DNA of 63,964 nt, counting the filler, from Choristocarpus tenellus KU-1152 (Eukaryota; Protista; Phaeophyceae), in NCBI GenBank assembly GCA_964200185.2. It is 12 parts of 12 records of this genome, joined end to end, with 100 filler letters (N's around TTAATTAATTAA, not from the genome) between each part and the next. Parts side by side here need not be neighbours in the genome. Positions count along the whole stretch, not along the records: positions 17,131 to 31,196 come from CAXNAD020001286.1; positions 31,297 to 35,350 come from CAXNAD020016455.1; positions 35,451 to 40,066 come from CAXNAD020013784.1; 9 more parts are not named here. One strand, written 5' to 3'. Shown here in pieces: positions 23,492 through 36,549 of the stretch (the first letter of the stretch is position 1; the number at the start of each line of letters is the position of its first letter). Below the pieces are notes generated by a model. The model saw nothing but the letters and a program-made list of their open reading frames with translations, was not told the origin of the DNA and did no database searches. Position numbers and translations under genes: made by a program.

Positions 23492-26400
23492 CTACATGAC
23501 AGAACAAACCTGGCTCACTGTCTGGTTGGTGACGGCCAGGCCACAGCCTTCACTCCAATCCCCACCCCGTTCTTGAAATTTCATCAAAAAGCTAGCTATC
23601 ACAGGGCGATGGTCCGACGTCCGCAGCTCCATCACGCTCCGATACGCTTGCAGCTCGAGTCCTGCCACTTGTTCATTCCCCTCGCTCCTACGCTCGCCAT
23701 TTCCCCCCCCCTTGTCCTCCTCGTAGCCCTCCTTGGTCACCAACTGCTTCCCTCCAGCTGCCAAACCTTTTCCTCCGAACAAGACTCTATCAGTCCAGGC
23801 AGGCACGCGGTGCTTGCTCGAGGTATCATAGACGTCAGTACCCCGGTCGAACTTGTATGTTGGACGGAAGTTCAGAGGTCCCTCGTGATAGCCTGAGAAC
23901 ACCTCCCCAGCATCAACAGCTTGGAGTAGTTGCTCGTTGGCCACTAGCTCACCGTGCATATCTTTCTCCAGCAGGGCGTCTGCCAGCTCCCGTGACATGT
24001 TCACCCGGTAGTTGAGGTCACCAGCCCACACAACGTAGTTGAAAATGCTGGGTAAGCTTTGTGCCGTAGTGGTGTTGCCCTCCTCATTAGCTTCTCTCAG
24101 AGCTGTTGAAGTGGCAGCTGCTGCTGCACAGCCTACGGCATCATGACTACCTTGGACCCCACCAATATTTTTGGGGCCTACATCACTGCTGTAGATCATG
24201 CTTGAGTCACGTTGCTTGGTTTGGTCATCATCGGAAAGCCCCACCCCTAACCGCCTAGTTGATTCATGGAGAGGGGGGCAGTCTGTCGGGATGGGGAGAG
24301 AATCTGGTGAAGGTGGTGCAGATTTGTGTGTGTGAAGGTGCGAATCAGCACTGCCAATGGACCCAGATCTTTGATCTGAGGTAGAATGGACACTGGCTCT
24401 AACAGTGTTGGCAGTGTGACGGGACTCAGAATGGGACTGCTGAGTCACTGGCGTAAGAGGTGAGTCAGCGAGGTTCACTGGACTTTGTGGTTCTCCTGCG
24501 TCAAGTTCACACCCTGAGTCAATTCCTGGTCTGGGACCAAGGTCCGGCTTGGGAGTGGTTGTCCCAGATACAGACAAGGGTAACCTAGGAATGGTGTTCA
24601 GAGGGCAAAGGGATTTCGCAAGACCATCTTGTATCTGTCGGAAATGGTCGTTACGCTCACGGGTGTTGTCCTGATGAGCAGCAAGGTGGCAATTCACAAA
24701 TATACATGCGGTGCTCCCCAGGTCAAAGGCAATCCCAATGCCTCCTTTGTTTCCAAGGGTGGTGCTAAGTGTGCCAAGGCTAAGACCAAGACCAGTAGCC
24801 ACAGCAGCAGATCGCACTCGACCCAGCAAAGGGAGTATGCCTCGGTGCACAAACACAATGTTGTGGGTTGCCTAAGGAATTGAACAATGATATCAAAGGA
24901 TGAACAGTGACGTGCGAGAAGAAAGAAGAGGACAAACATGTCGTGAAGCCCCACCAACAATGCTACGGGCCAGGCTTTGTCGTTCCTTCCCCTCTGACGC
25001 CACGCAGAACTAACAGAGGATTTGTGAACACCTCATCAACACTATGGAAGAGACGATTATCCTGAACTCCCGCCCTCTAACTCTATCCCATCTCATCCCT
25101 GCCCCCAGTACCAATATTCTTGAAGGGGTCGAGGCCTTCGTAGTACGCCTTCCTCACTGAACTTCCCCACACACCACCTACTCACTAAAACATGCACATG
25201 GAGCCTTCCCTGTAAGCTATAGACAGAGTCAAACTCAATGTCACCAGCTTTCCACACTTCATTGTAACAATACTCCTGTGCACTACCCCCTGCGATGAGC
25301 ACCCACCAATCGGCCCTACTACACTCACCTGGAGGGAATGACCACAGAGCATCTCATATGATAGGCCAAGGGTTTCTCGCAAGACATTTTCCCAGTTTGC
25401 CTTGGTCTGTATGATGACAGACTTTGCAATGCTGTTCTCACACTCCTCTGTTCCAATCACAAAAAAATGGAACTACCCAGTCAGGTTGGGTGTGGGCATT
25501 ACCATAAGGACAAAAAATAAATAGATCAGAGGAATTCAGGATAAGGAGACCTTACAAGCTAGGCCAACGGATGGCAGGACATCTTCTTGACAACATGAGG
25601 GATTATATTTGTGCCAAAGCTAGTGTAACCAGTGCCTCAACAATTGTTACATCAACCTTGTGCAATTCGAATGGAATAGACTAAGCAACAGTTCACAATA
25701 ACAGTGCCTTCTATTAGTGGCCTACAACATGCTTGATGTGAGGTGAGGCATTCACAGAGGTGAGTGATGAGCTTTGTTCATCACCTGTGTGTTGGATCTG
25801 CAACCCACCACTGCTGCCTACGACCCAGATGAAACAAACAACAGTTTCATTTATCCAAGACGGTGTCACAGAGTTGCTGCACTGCACTGTTTGACAAGGC
25901 TAGAATAACCTAAATGTTGTCTCTCTTAAAATGATGAGTGAAAATGGATATTACCAAAGTAGCATAGTGTTTAAATTTGCCATACCTCTAGAACTTGATA
26001 TAGGCATGCAAAATGCAAAGATGGCAATGGGCCACAGGGTATTGAATGATGCTCTTTACAGATATACAGACCCTCAGTAAAATAGTGTTTGTTAGTTGAG
26101 CATTGTTTCTCATCACCCGAGATCAAGCGACTCACAAGGTAGCTGCTCCCTTCAGCGAAACAATGAACATTAATATTGTGTAAGTGGTCAAGACAGCTCT
26201 AGAGGTACAGCAGCAAAATGTAGATTCAAAGTATGTTAGAGGGTAGATTCGCGTCCGTTTGGGGGCCAACATTCAATGTTGCGATTTTGATGAAATTTTG
26301 ACTATCGTGTTTGTTAGGAAGTGTCAATATCCTTGTCCCGGACACATCTTTTCATAATGTACACATTTTACCTACTCCAAAACTTTTCTGATTACGAAAA

Positions 26401-28810
26401 ATTCATTAAAAAATAATGGGAAGCCAAGCCCCAAACGGACAAACAAGGAAAACTCCTACCCTTTAAGATACTTTCACTCACAGCAGAACCTTAGAGAATA
26501 CTTCTGAGGTTGTATTATCAACAAATATAAGAGTGATCTAGTTGTGAGGGTTCTCAGTGGAAGTGGTACAATTTTTTTTGTCTTATTGACACATAGATTT
26601 TCACGAAAGGATGTTCATTTGACATTTTATGGGCTGAATCAACCCTTTCATGTAGCACTACATGCAGTAGACTGTGTTGAGCTCCCTGTCTCTCCATGTC
26701 CACTATCCCTTCTACTTTGAGTTGGAACGTTTTCGGGGGTCTCCTTACCTGTCTAGGAAGTACCTCGCAAAGCAACAAATGCCTTACTCCTCGAAATCTC
26801 CTAGGATAAGAGATTGGAGCTATCAAACAACCAGTTGACTTACTCAATACCTGTACCACTTTGATGTATTCCAGATATGAAGCATGAATCACAGTGAGAC
26901 AATACTCACTGCTGAGAAATAACATTGCGAATCAGGACTTACTAATGTTCTCTTTCTACTGGGTATGGAAGGATACGAAAGAGATATGTAGTTTTAGAAA
27001 GTAAATCTTTTCGGCAGTGAGTTGGACTTGCCTTTCCTGGGGGCAACAGTACACTCCTAAGTTCGTCTGCTTGAGGTGTTGGCTGTGCCTGCAAATTCCA
27101 TGTCACCACCCTCACGAGTACACTGCCCTTTCTCTTTGTAGCCCCCAAGACATCTTCGTCACTTCCATCCAATGCCCATTCCTTGGGATCGGCCTCGTTG
27201 TCTAAGGAGTCAGGCCACATACTACGAGTTTTAGCACTCAGACCGCTCAAGGTGTCATTAGTTTCTTGAGCAGTTATGGTTTGTTGTGAGTTCAATTGCG
27301 TTGGTGATGTAGATGTAGGTACTCCAGTTGAGCCCGTTTTGATGCTCCTCTTAGCGGAAACATGGGCTACCTGACCTGGGCGGGTCAATAGTCTCTCAAT
27401 GTTGCTTATACCATTTTTTAGGATCTCTCTGTTGTTCCTGTTGGCTTGATCTCTTTGATCACCCGATTTGGCCTTTCTGACCTTTTCTGAGGTGTTGGAA
27501 GTCCACCACCTTGGCCTTTTGGGTACAATGTTCGTTTTGAGACATTTGGATTCATACTTTCCCTCTCCCTCTAAAATATCAGGTAGAGTTGGCACATCCT
27601 CCCTGCAGTTTTGTGTTACAGAAATTGTTGATGATTCTGTATGATCAGTCCCAATCTGGCAGGACATGGAAGAAGTTGACCTCCATCGATCCTGATCTGA
27701 TCCTGGGGTGCTTCCAACACCGGTCACAATTTCCTTATTTACTGGAGATCTTGCTATTAGTGTGCACTTTCCTTGATTCGTTTTCCAGCTTGGCTGCGAA
27801 AGCTTGTTTTTCCAGCTGTTTGGGGATAGCCCACCTGTCCTTTGCGGTCCCTCATCCTTTGTGCTTTTTGGTGGCAAAGGAGTAGGAGACACCTGGGCCA
27901 TCGAGCCAAAAGTGAAGAAATTGCGCAAGCTGGTAATGGCAGTTGGCTTCAACCTCGAAGTGAGGGGAGAAAAATTGAAGCCCTTTCCATTTCTCTCCAA
28001 ACTCGACTCCTGCACTCGTGTGTGGGCCATGTCGACACCAGTTTCTGGTTCCTTCTCCCCTCCTTTGATTAACTCCAAGTTGCCTTGAGATACAGTGAAA
28101 GCGCTGGACTGTGCAAGAAGGGTAGAGCTATTTTCCCTGCTATCGCAGCTATCAGGAACGTCACTTGATGCTCTCATAGATTCAATGGCGTCATCATCGG
28201 AAACGAAAGGATTCTTAGACGACCTTGACAGACCACCTTCTGATTGATTACTTACTGCATTATGTATGAGATGCTTCTTCACGTGGAATCTCAGCGATTG
28301 GCCTGATGAATAATACCTGCTATCATCCTCATATATTTCTCCATCCCCCTTTACGAAGATTTTGGGTTTTAGAATCTTGTCTTCCATATGCGCATTCCTT
28401 TCTCTGATAGAGCCTACGATACCATCTCGTTCGGTCGAGTTGTGTCGGGGCGCCAATACCGAAGCCAAGTATGGTCTATCTTTTTCATCGGCTTCAATAC
28501 CCTCCACATCCTCTTCCCTTGATCTGGTTTCGTTGCAAGTCGCCCCTGCAGTTGGGCCCTCTCGAGTCTTGCGGTTGCGCTTCGTTTTCCTTCGAGAGAC
28601 TTGAGGACTACAAAGTGATAATTGTGACAATGGCGAGCTGACATCCGCCGCAAAGGAAGCATGGTGGAGGCCTCCAGTCTCAAGTGGAGGTAATATGGTA
28701 GATTTCTTGACCCCAGAAAGTCCTAGACTTTCGAGATTTTTCAGCTGGAAGGGATCGTTGGCGGAGTCTGTGGAAAGCATCTGAAAGTTGGTGAGGAAGG
28801 GGTCAATCAT
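23492..28810 (-). CDS. INPP5E: Inositol polyphosphate 5-phosphatase, INPP5E-like; 3 exons, about 1100 aa
   Basis: Exons 28810-27032, 25472-25329, 24871-23492 (all phase 0). Motifs VVTWNL, FVIGTEE, GNKGGIGI, FVNCHLAAH, WAGDLNYR, FRPTYKF, PAWTDRVLF, SDHRPV; long disordered N-terminus; C-terminal CaaX CSVM. Confidence 0.88.
26223..26479. mobile_element. MITE, long subfamily (257 bp), in intron 1 of the INPP5E-like gene
   Basis: GATTCAAAGTATGTTAGAGGGTAG ... CTACCCTTTAAGATACTTTCACTC; interior homologous to 14372-14895. Confidence 0.8.
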
Positions 28811-28896
28811 TCAGAAACGCCATCGCAAAAAACTGCCTTCGAGATCTTCACTAAAACCTTTGTTCGACACAACAACATTGTAGACACTGCTGCAGT
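28811..28896. promoter_or_regulatory. Putative bidirectional promoter region
   Basis: Only 86 bp between the predicted divergent ATGs at 28810 (-) and 28897 (+). Confidence 0.5.
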
Positions 28897-30814
28897 ATGG
28901 CGGTCGTGGGAAAGGTACATGCTCCCACGACTCGAGACGATGGTTCAATCCCATGTATAACCTCCGTTGGTGAAGTTTTGCTTAGCTTTGGCGGAGACGA
29001 TTCTGTGAAATATGCAGGCGACGAAGTGAGAGGGAAGGGCATAGAGTTTGGTGAGATATCTCATGCCCGTCAGACTTGATTTCTGACTTGGGATTGTCTT
29101 GACATGTACGTTTCGATCACATTTTCTATGTCTAGGTTCTTGGTCATCGTATCTGTCCACGCTCTAACTTGCAATCAAAATATGCTCACAAAACTTCCTT
29201 CATATGGTGATGATACTGGGTCGATACTGGAACCCATTGAAACGAGTTAGAGGAAGAGCACTTTGTCCAGCACTCAATATCGAAAGCACACGTCTTATCA
29301 AAATCATATAAGAAGAAACTCGAAGAGCTCAGAAGGCAGTTGGCGAGAGCAAGAGCAGCAACTTCAACCGCCACATGGACGGGTCGAGAAGCTGCTAATG
29401 AACACCTTGAAAATTTTGACCGCCTTCATGAAATGTCCGTGGAGATTCAACAAGACATTGGTGGTGAGAGAAGAATGATCGAGATAGCTGCAGCATTTGC
29501 ACTCTATTATGAATTTGCCCTCTTCATGGCAACCGTATCTACCTGTCCTTCCTCTGAAACGGGTCAGACACGTGCACTTTTGATTTTCAACGATAGTCTC
29601 CAATAGCCTAACTGTTTTTCCACCTTTGGGGGTTGAACTTGGAAGGCAATGTGTTCGTTGAAGAGGCTGAGGGCGACGAGGGCTTAGGGAGTGGTGAAGT
29701 GGCGAAGAGGCCAAAAATAAGTGCCGCAGAGGCCCGCACGCTAGCAACACGCTATCACTCCCTAGTGCGACAACAGGCTTGTTTGCTCTCCGCGATGAAG
29801 GTGCTAGATTGCTCTGAGGCGGCAAAGGCGGCCTTGGAAGAAGGGAAACCCAACCTAAACACAGGACTGGATAAGGCACTGCAGGTAGAAATGACTTTGC
29901 CTCCCTTTGCATGTCTGCTGACACCGTAAGACGTGTGGGAAAGAGGAAAGGGTAGGGAAGAGTGTTCGGAAAATTTGAATCGACAGCTTCTTAGCCCTGC
30001 CAATGCGGTTCAGAGGGTGATTCTTGCTGTCCTTTTAGTTGTAGCACAGTCCTGTCTCGTACCCAACCCATCCCGGTCCATTCTTGTAGTCCCTTTCCAT
30101 GCTCCTAATCTATGGGAAGCTCTACACAACCTTTGCCTAACCCCCTTTCCTGTGCCCAATTATGTACACCAAGTATCACTGGATTCATTACTGGTTTGAA
30201 GAACGGCCTTGAGTGCACATTTCACGAGCAGTGTTGCGAATCATCTTAATAATTTGTGGACTTGAAACACAAGCTCCTTGCATAGCATAGCCTCTTGAGA
30301 AACGGCTGCGATAGATGGGGGAAAACACGCCTTGATGCTCGCGTTACCTCCTGCGGTGATGTGGTACCCCCTCACCTCAGAGCAATACGACACGCACACT
30401 AACGAATCCATCAGTTACACATTCACGCGTCTCCTATTGGATATTTTACAACTCCAGTCACAATGCAGCCATCCGCTGCTATATACTTCCATTCCGTTAG
30501 AACCTTTGGTACCATGTTCACAACCTGACTTACTTCCTTGCTGTTCAATCTCAAACAAGTCAACAAAAATGCTAAGGTCTCTACGTGACGAGCTGGCAGG
30601 GGAGAGCAGTTCGGATCTAACTTCAGAACATACCGGAGCGGCCAATGCATCTCTAATTGCTGTCGCAGATGGGCGCCTCTCGTGGCTTGTAAAACGCCTT
30701 CGAGTCAAGCTCTCGGAGAGGCTCACTACGGTCTGGGGGAGGGTGGATCCATTGGCAGGCGGTGGTGATGCTGCCGGTGCTGCTTCGCAGGAAGAGGGGC
30801 TGGCAGATGTCAAG
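28897..30814 (+). CDS. Unknown helical/coiled-coil protein, 3'-partial
   Basis: Predicted exons 28897-29050, 29251-29463, 29646-29884, 30560-30814 join in frame with GT-AG sites (phases 1,1,0); coiled-coil-like YKKKLEELRRQLARAR; contig ends at 31196. Confidence 0.6.
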
Positions 30815-30943
30815 GTGTTGTGATCCTTCTAAATCTCTTTTGAAGTAGTCAACTGCCTTGAGAATAACCTCAATTGCCTGAACTATTTTGTACTCACCAT
30901 TGACGCTGTCAATTTTTGATGCTGATCTTGTCACAGTGAGCGG

Positions 30944-30978
30944 TTAGGGTTAGGGTTAGGGTTAGGGTTAGGGTTAGG
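30944..30978 (+). repeat. Interstitial telomeric-type repeat (TTAGGG)5 TTAGG
   Basis: Read directly; flanked on both sides by non-repeat sequence. Confidence 0.95.
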
Positions 30979-32127
30979 ATTACGGCTCAAAGAAGTCAAG
31001 AAGGAGAGGGACACTGGGTTCTCGCCGCTTGGAGACGTAGACATTGCCCTTGACAGCCTTTTGCTCTCACTTTTGATTTTTACGATGATGATTCTAGGTG
31101 GCCTTTTTTTTCAATTGTACACCTTTTTTTTTTGGATGGGGGGAGGGGGGGGGGGTGGGGGGGTGGGGGGAGGGGAGGGACAGCCGAGAGGCGATGNNNN
31201 NNNNNNNNNNNNNNNNNNNNNNNNNNNNNNNNNNNNNNNNTTAATTAATTAANNNNNNNNNNNNNNNNNNNNNNNNNNNNNNNNNNNNNNNNNNNNAAAC
31301 CACTAATCAAGCAAATCAACCACTAGTGCCAAGTATCATCTGATTATTGCCTGTCTCTTGCCCCCCAAGCACGAAGCATACTGACGGCTGCTAGTGCGTA
31401 AAACAGGCGATAACATCAACATCAGCAATTAAAAAAAAAAAAAGAAGAAAGAACAAAACAAGGAATTACGGAGATCAGGTACTTGTTCGGGTAAAGAGAA
31501 GAGATTAAAAAAGAAAAAAAAGTGAAGCAAGGGATAGAAAAAAAAACGTGGAAACAAAATACCAAAAAGAGAAAATCAAGAATAAAACCTAAGGCCTCCT
31601 CACCAGTTGGGCGTGCTTTTACCCCTCCTACACTTGCCTCCCAAGCATCCATGCTGTAGGTGTGCGTTATGTCTCAGATGATCAATTGCCAATAAAATAT
31701 CAAGACCTTAACCCGATTTGAATTATAATCAGAAGTCACAAATCCTCTCTGTTCACAGTAGTAGTTCGTTCACACCTCAAAACTTCACAAAATATGTGAT
31801 AAGAACACTGGAATGATCCTAGCAAAAAATACCCCAAGTATTTATAGTGAATATACAATTTCAACGAAATGAAAATATATTATTCAATAATGATGGTGGT
31901 GGTGGTGGTGACTTGGGCGACCTTAGCTGCTCCACTAGCATGGCGTACAATGACTATCACAGTTTCTATGCTTGGATTGCCACTCTTGCTATGAAGCTCA
32001 TTGCTTAGGTGTAAGTATTGTCACAATTATACCACTTGTGTTGAATGGTAGTCCTGGTGATTCAACCCTCAACTGTAATTTCCAAACTTCTCAAGTTGTC
32101 TTGAAGTCATATCCACTAGATGTTCTC

Positions 32128-32900
32128 TTATCTAACCTTGCTTTCGTTTCCAGTCGCAAGGTCCCTAAAGATGAACACCTTGGGAAGTCGCTCAACCCCC
32201 ATGCAAGCCAATGACCCAGCAAATAGCAGTAACTTCATGCACACTGTTGCCTCGGTACTCTCAAACGCAGTCTTCCCAAGAGCGTCTTTGTAGGACAGGA
32301 AACGATCGATGTGGTCCTGTTCGGGGAATCCTATACAGCGGAGGAGAAATTTATGGTGATGAGAGCGGAGTTTGATGTCCGTGTCATACAACAAAACAAC
32401 CGAACTTCAACAATTCGGCCTTGAGAATTCCAATCTTGAGCTTAAGCGTTACACCTTAGGTCCTGTCATAGAGCACTTGGCTGTATTCGAGAAAACGACT
32501 CCAAGCTTTCTGAATCGTCCAACTAATCTCAGCGGTTTTAGCGAATTCGTCACTGATGGTTCCCATTAGCTAAACAAACTTATCTGTCTTCTCGTGTCTG
32601 GTCCAGTGCCTCAATGTCCATAATTTCTACAGCCTGATTAGGAGGTCGAAGACACACATTTTCCGCTTCATTCCCAACACAGATTGAATGATTTGGTCAC
32701 ACCATCGCCATCACTGCCATCATCCTGACCGATTTTATATGGGTCTTGGAGACAATGCCTGCATTATCAGCATAAAGAATACTGTATAAGATCGCTCGGA
32801 AGCTATGTCCCACTCCCTAGTACTCCTCTGATCTGGTTGTCTGTGACCGATCTGTTGGTGACAACAAGATCCTTGGAGATGAACAGGTCAGAGGTGAACT
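32128..32900 (-). mobile_element. RTE-clade LINE remnant (RT C-terminal half)
   Basis: LYADNAGIVS (YADD-like, about 32745-32775); IQKAWSRFLEYSQVLYDR..LKLKIGILKAE; KLRSHHHKFLLRCIGF..LSYKDAL..LLFAGSL..RLPKVFIF; stops and frameshifts present. Confidence 0.75.
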
Positions 32901-35314
32901 CCCTATTAACTGTTGCACTTCGCATTGTAGTGAGAAAATGATGTAAGAGGATGGGAACATGAACACTTACATATACATATTATATTACTACATAGTAGCA
33001 AATACTATATATAGCATTACGTAGTACTCGAGAAAATATACGAAAAATAAATCACAAGAAAATCCACATCTTCCATCTCATTATAAACTTGTTGCCCTAT
33101 GTGTTGGAAAAAAGATCAACGATCAAGTAGAAGTGCATGCTTCTACCATAACTACTACTTGTACTCTGTATCGAAAGTACAATGTCCATCACCATGTCAT
33201 AAAATTATTGTGAATAATAAAATTGTTGACCTTTTCACTGAAAATCTTCCTGTTGTGGTGTTGTGTCGTGTGTCGCGTTGGATAACGCGTGATCTTTATG
33301 GATGTGGTTGGATTAAGGTTGGTTCACATTTGAAACGTTTGACGAAACGTCCTTGATCTCCCCACAGTCGTGGCCCTTGGTATCTCCCATGCAACTGTTG
33401 ACAGCTTTTTGTTCTGAAGCTCAGGAAAGTTGATACATGCGTTTACATCATACTGATACCAAACCAATCGCAGGTGTCCAGTCTGTAGAGAGAGAGTAGT
33501 GCGCTCTAAAGCCAGACGATCGCTCCTTGAGGATTAGGGGCGCAAAGTGCGCTAAGGGATGCACTGCGAGCTGCAGTCGCTTCTATAAGTGATTGAAAAC
33601 ATCAAAAGGGGAGGAATCTGGGCAACGCAGTTCGTCCACACAGAAGTGCAATGAAATGGGTATAACATCAAGAGTAGATATTCGTAGACCTAAGAGGCAT
33701 GGCTTACGGGAGAGGTTTCTGAGGGTGCGTAAAAGATACTGCCGTTTGGGGATTGGGTAATTTTCCTTGGGATCGCTATCATTGGGTACCGAAGAGGAGA
33801 ATGTCCAAGCTAGCAACAATACTTCAGAGTTCCTGGAGCCAAAAACCCTCGTTTGGGCGGTTCTTCCGTTTAGTTGTTATTGATCAAAACTTAATCTCCG
33901 CCATTTCCCTCTTCCCGATACCTTTGATCAACCCTATTGTAGGGCATCGACTGTTAGTAGTATGGAAGAGCGAGATGATGAGGTCTGGACGTGAATAAAT
34001 GGTCAATTTGGGGTGTACGTCCCATAAATAACATATTTGTAGCTGTGTGGTACCTGGGCGATGAAGGCAGCATCGTGGATCATCTTGATTGCCCACTTAC
34101 GTGGTTTGCTTTTCTCATCTCGCAGATGCTCAACTTCTGGTCCATGTGAGTTGGGTATCATGACTGTAGTGTGGTATCAAAATATCATAATTTTCGTTTT
34201 GATCACCTTACCTCGCCCCCACCTCACCCCTCACAACCCTCCTCAGAGCATTTGGTGATGCAAGTAAGAAATTTGAGTATTTTCTGTTGGCAGGGCTTAG
34301 TGTTTGATATCCTCAATCTTGATAGCCTTGACAGTGTCCGAACTAGGCAGAGCGGGAAAAGAATGTCCTGGTTCGGTTCTATTAGTTGTGACTCATACAG
34401 AAGTATGGTGTTGCTAAGTTGGTTGATGCCCTTGTTACTGAAATAGAGAAAGTGGTGATAGCTGAAATATAGAAATGTACCAGTTCTATGAGAGAGTATG
34501 GGAAGGAGCAATGGCAATGACTGATGTTCATAATAGATGTGAAGAGTAATTGATTTAGCATGGATACTTTATTTGGACAGAGAATACCAACAAATCGTAA
34601 CTCCATATATTCCCCCTGACTTTGGCCTCTGTCATCTCAGTATTTCAATGTCTCATGCTCATAGAGTTTGTGACAGAGATACATCAAGACAAAACATAGT
34701 TTTTGTGCCAAACATATCATGTCCATTCATGTCATGCTCATAATTGTTTTCGTACTAGCCCTGCTTTCTACCCACCACCCTCCAAATTGCTATACAGGCG
34801 AGTCAAGATGAAAATCCATGCGAGATCACCAACACTTGCCCTTACTGCCGGTGTGACAAGCATCATTATGAACTTCGTCCTAATGTGCAACGAAGTATGG
34901 TATCAGGTGGGACTCTGGTACCCAGTACTCTGAAGTATCTTGTGAGAGCTCATCATTCAGCACCTCTCTAAGAGGTGGTCATGTAAGACAGCCAAAACAA
35001 AATGTGCAAAGGGTGCACAAATAGACAGCATAACATGGTGTTGATATTTGTATCAAAGGTTACACAAAAAAAATACATTCTTGAAGCAATTCCTTAGCAC
35101 GTATGAGATTGAAAGTGTATCAGGACTACGCAAAATAGTGCCAATAGAAGCTCTATATGGTGCAGCATAGAAACGATACTCCACACGAGTAGGGGTTTGA
35201 GAAGACTCAATAATCAATTGTCAACTTATTTGTTGTAAGACTTAGCTGGTCTATTGCATACCCCAATCCTTGAAGGAAAGCTATTAATGTCTTTCGATTT
35301 GACTGGAGCTTTCA

Positions 35315-35350
35315 GACCCAAAGTATCTGGGGGGGGGGGGGTGTCTACAC
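35315..35350. mobile_element. MITE terminus at contig end
   Basis: GACCCAAAGTATCTG(G)n..CTACAC, matching the reverse complement of the right end of 2843-3022. Confidence 0.75.
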
Positions 35351-36549
35351 NNNNNNNNNNNNNNNNNNNNNNNNNNNNNNNNNNNNNNNNNNNNTTAATT
35401 AATTAANNNNNNNNNNNNNNNNNNNNNNNNNNNNNNNNNNNNNNNNNNNNAAGGTTAACCTATGTGTTACTAATATCGTATATAGTTTGCACTTGTCAGA
35501 ACTCGAGAAACAATCTTCACACTGTATGTCTGTTACAAATGTTCGTATTTCCTAAAACATGAGAAGAAAATGCTCGTGCTATTCGTGTGTAACAAATGCT
35601 CAAACTTTGTTGAAATACAAGAAGAAATGCTCATGCTATTCGCCTGTAACAGGGATGGTGAAAGGTAAAGTTGCTCGACTGTAACTCTCCTGACCTATGA
35701 CGACCCTCAAAACTACGGGCGGGCAGAGGAGTTGAAACCCTCAACCACCACAACTCACATATGACTGTATGCTGCCACTGCTCTATACACGTAATTTCCT
35801 CGTACAACATGTCTATTCTTGTTTTGATTCACTTATTCAAAGCATTAATATTAGTAGTATTGTGAATTGAAGTAATCCATGTGTTAATATTTTATTATTT
35901 GATCGCCTCATCAACACAATTGAGTATCAACTTGATTAAATCAAATCATGTGTACAAAACGCATTAAGAGTCTTGCATACAAGATTGGCGAGAAAAAATG
36001 CCCCCCCCTGGTGAGAATCTCCGCTTGAGGCTCACCAAAATTTACGTATTTCTGTAGCTCATTTCTGTATTCTTCATCTACTGCCTCAACTACCATCTCC
36101 TTTTATATCTGAAAAGGACTAGACTGCTCATGTTTTACTTAAGAGGGGCTGAAGAATATATGGATGAGGAGATAGACCCCTGAATGGAGAGGGCCCCCGT
36201 AAGAGAAAGCCATTGAAATTTACTTACACTTGTTACTGTGCTCTTTCTAAGCTGCAAGAAGCATCATTTCGTGTAATGTTTAAGACGGACTATTGCCCAT
36301 GTGCTGCTCAAGAAAAACTGAAGAATACATCGAGTAGGGGTTACGAAGAGGGGTATATTTATTGCTATAATAAACCATTCTAGTATATTATGACATGCCC
36401 ACTGGCATTCTTAAGATGACATCAGCACAGAGAAGCTAGCCAACCTTCTGACAGGTCCAGAGGAGCAGGGGAGGGAAAGTTCTCTGCCAGCTCTTGTCTG
36501 CCACAGGAACCAGTATGGGCAAGGAACTGTTACATAAACTACCACACAA

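Noticed and set aside
26942-28810. Stand-alone 622-aa protein
   Set aside because: It is exon 1 of the INPP5E-like gene reading through a GC donor into the intron
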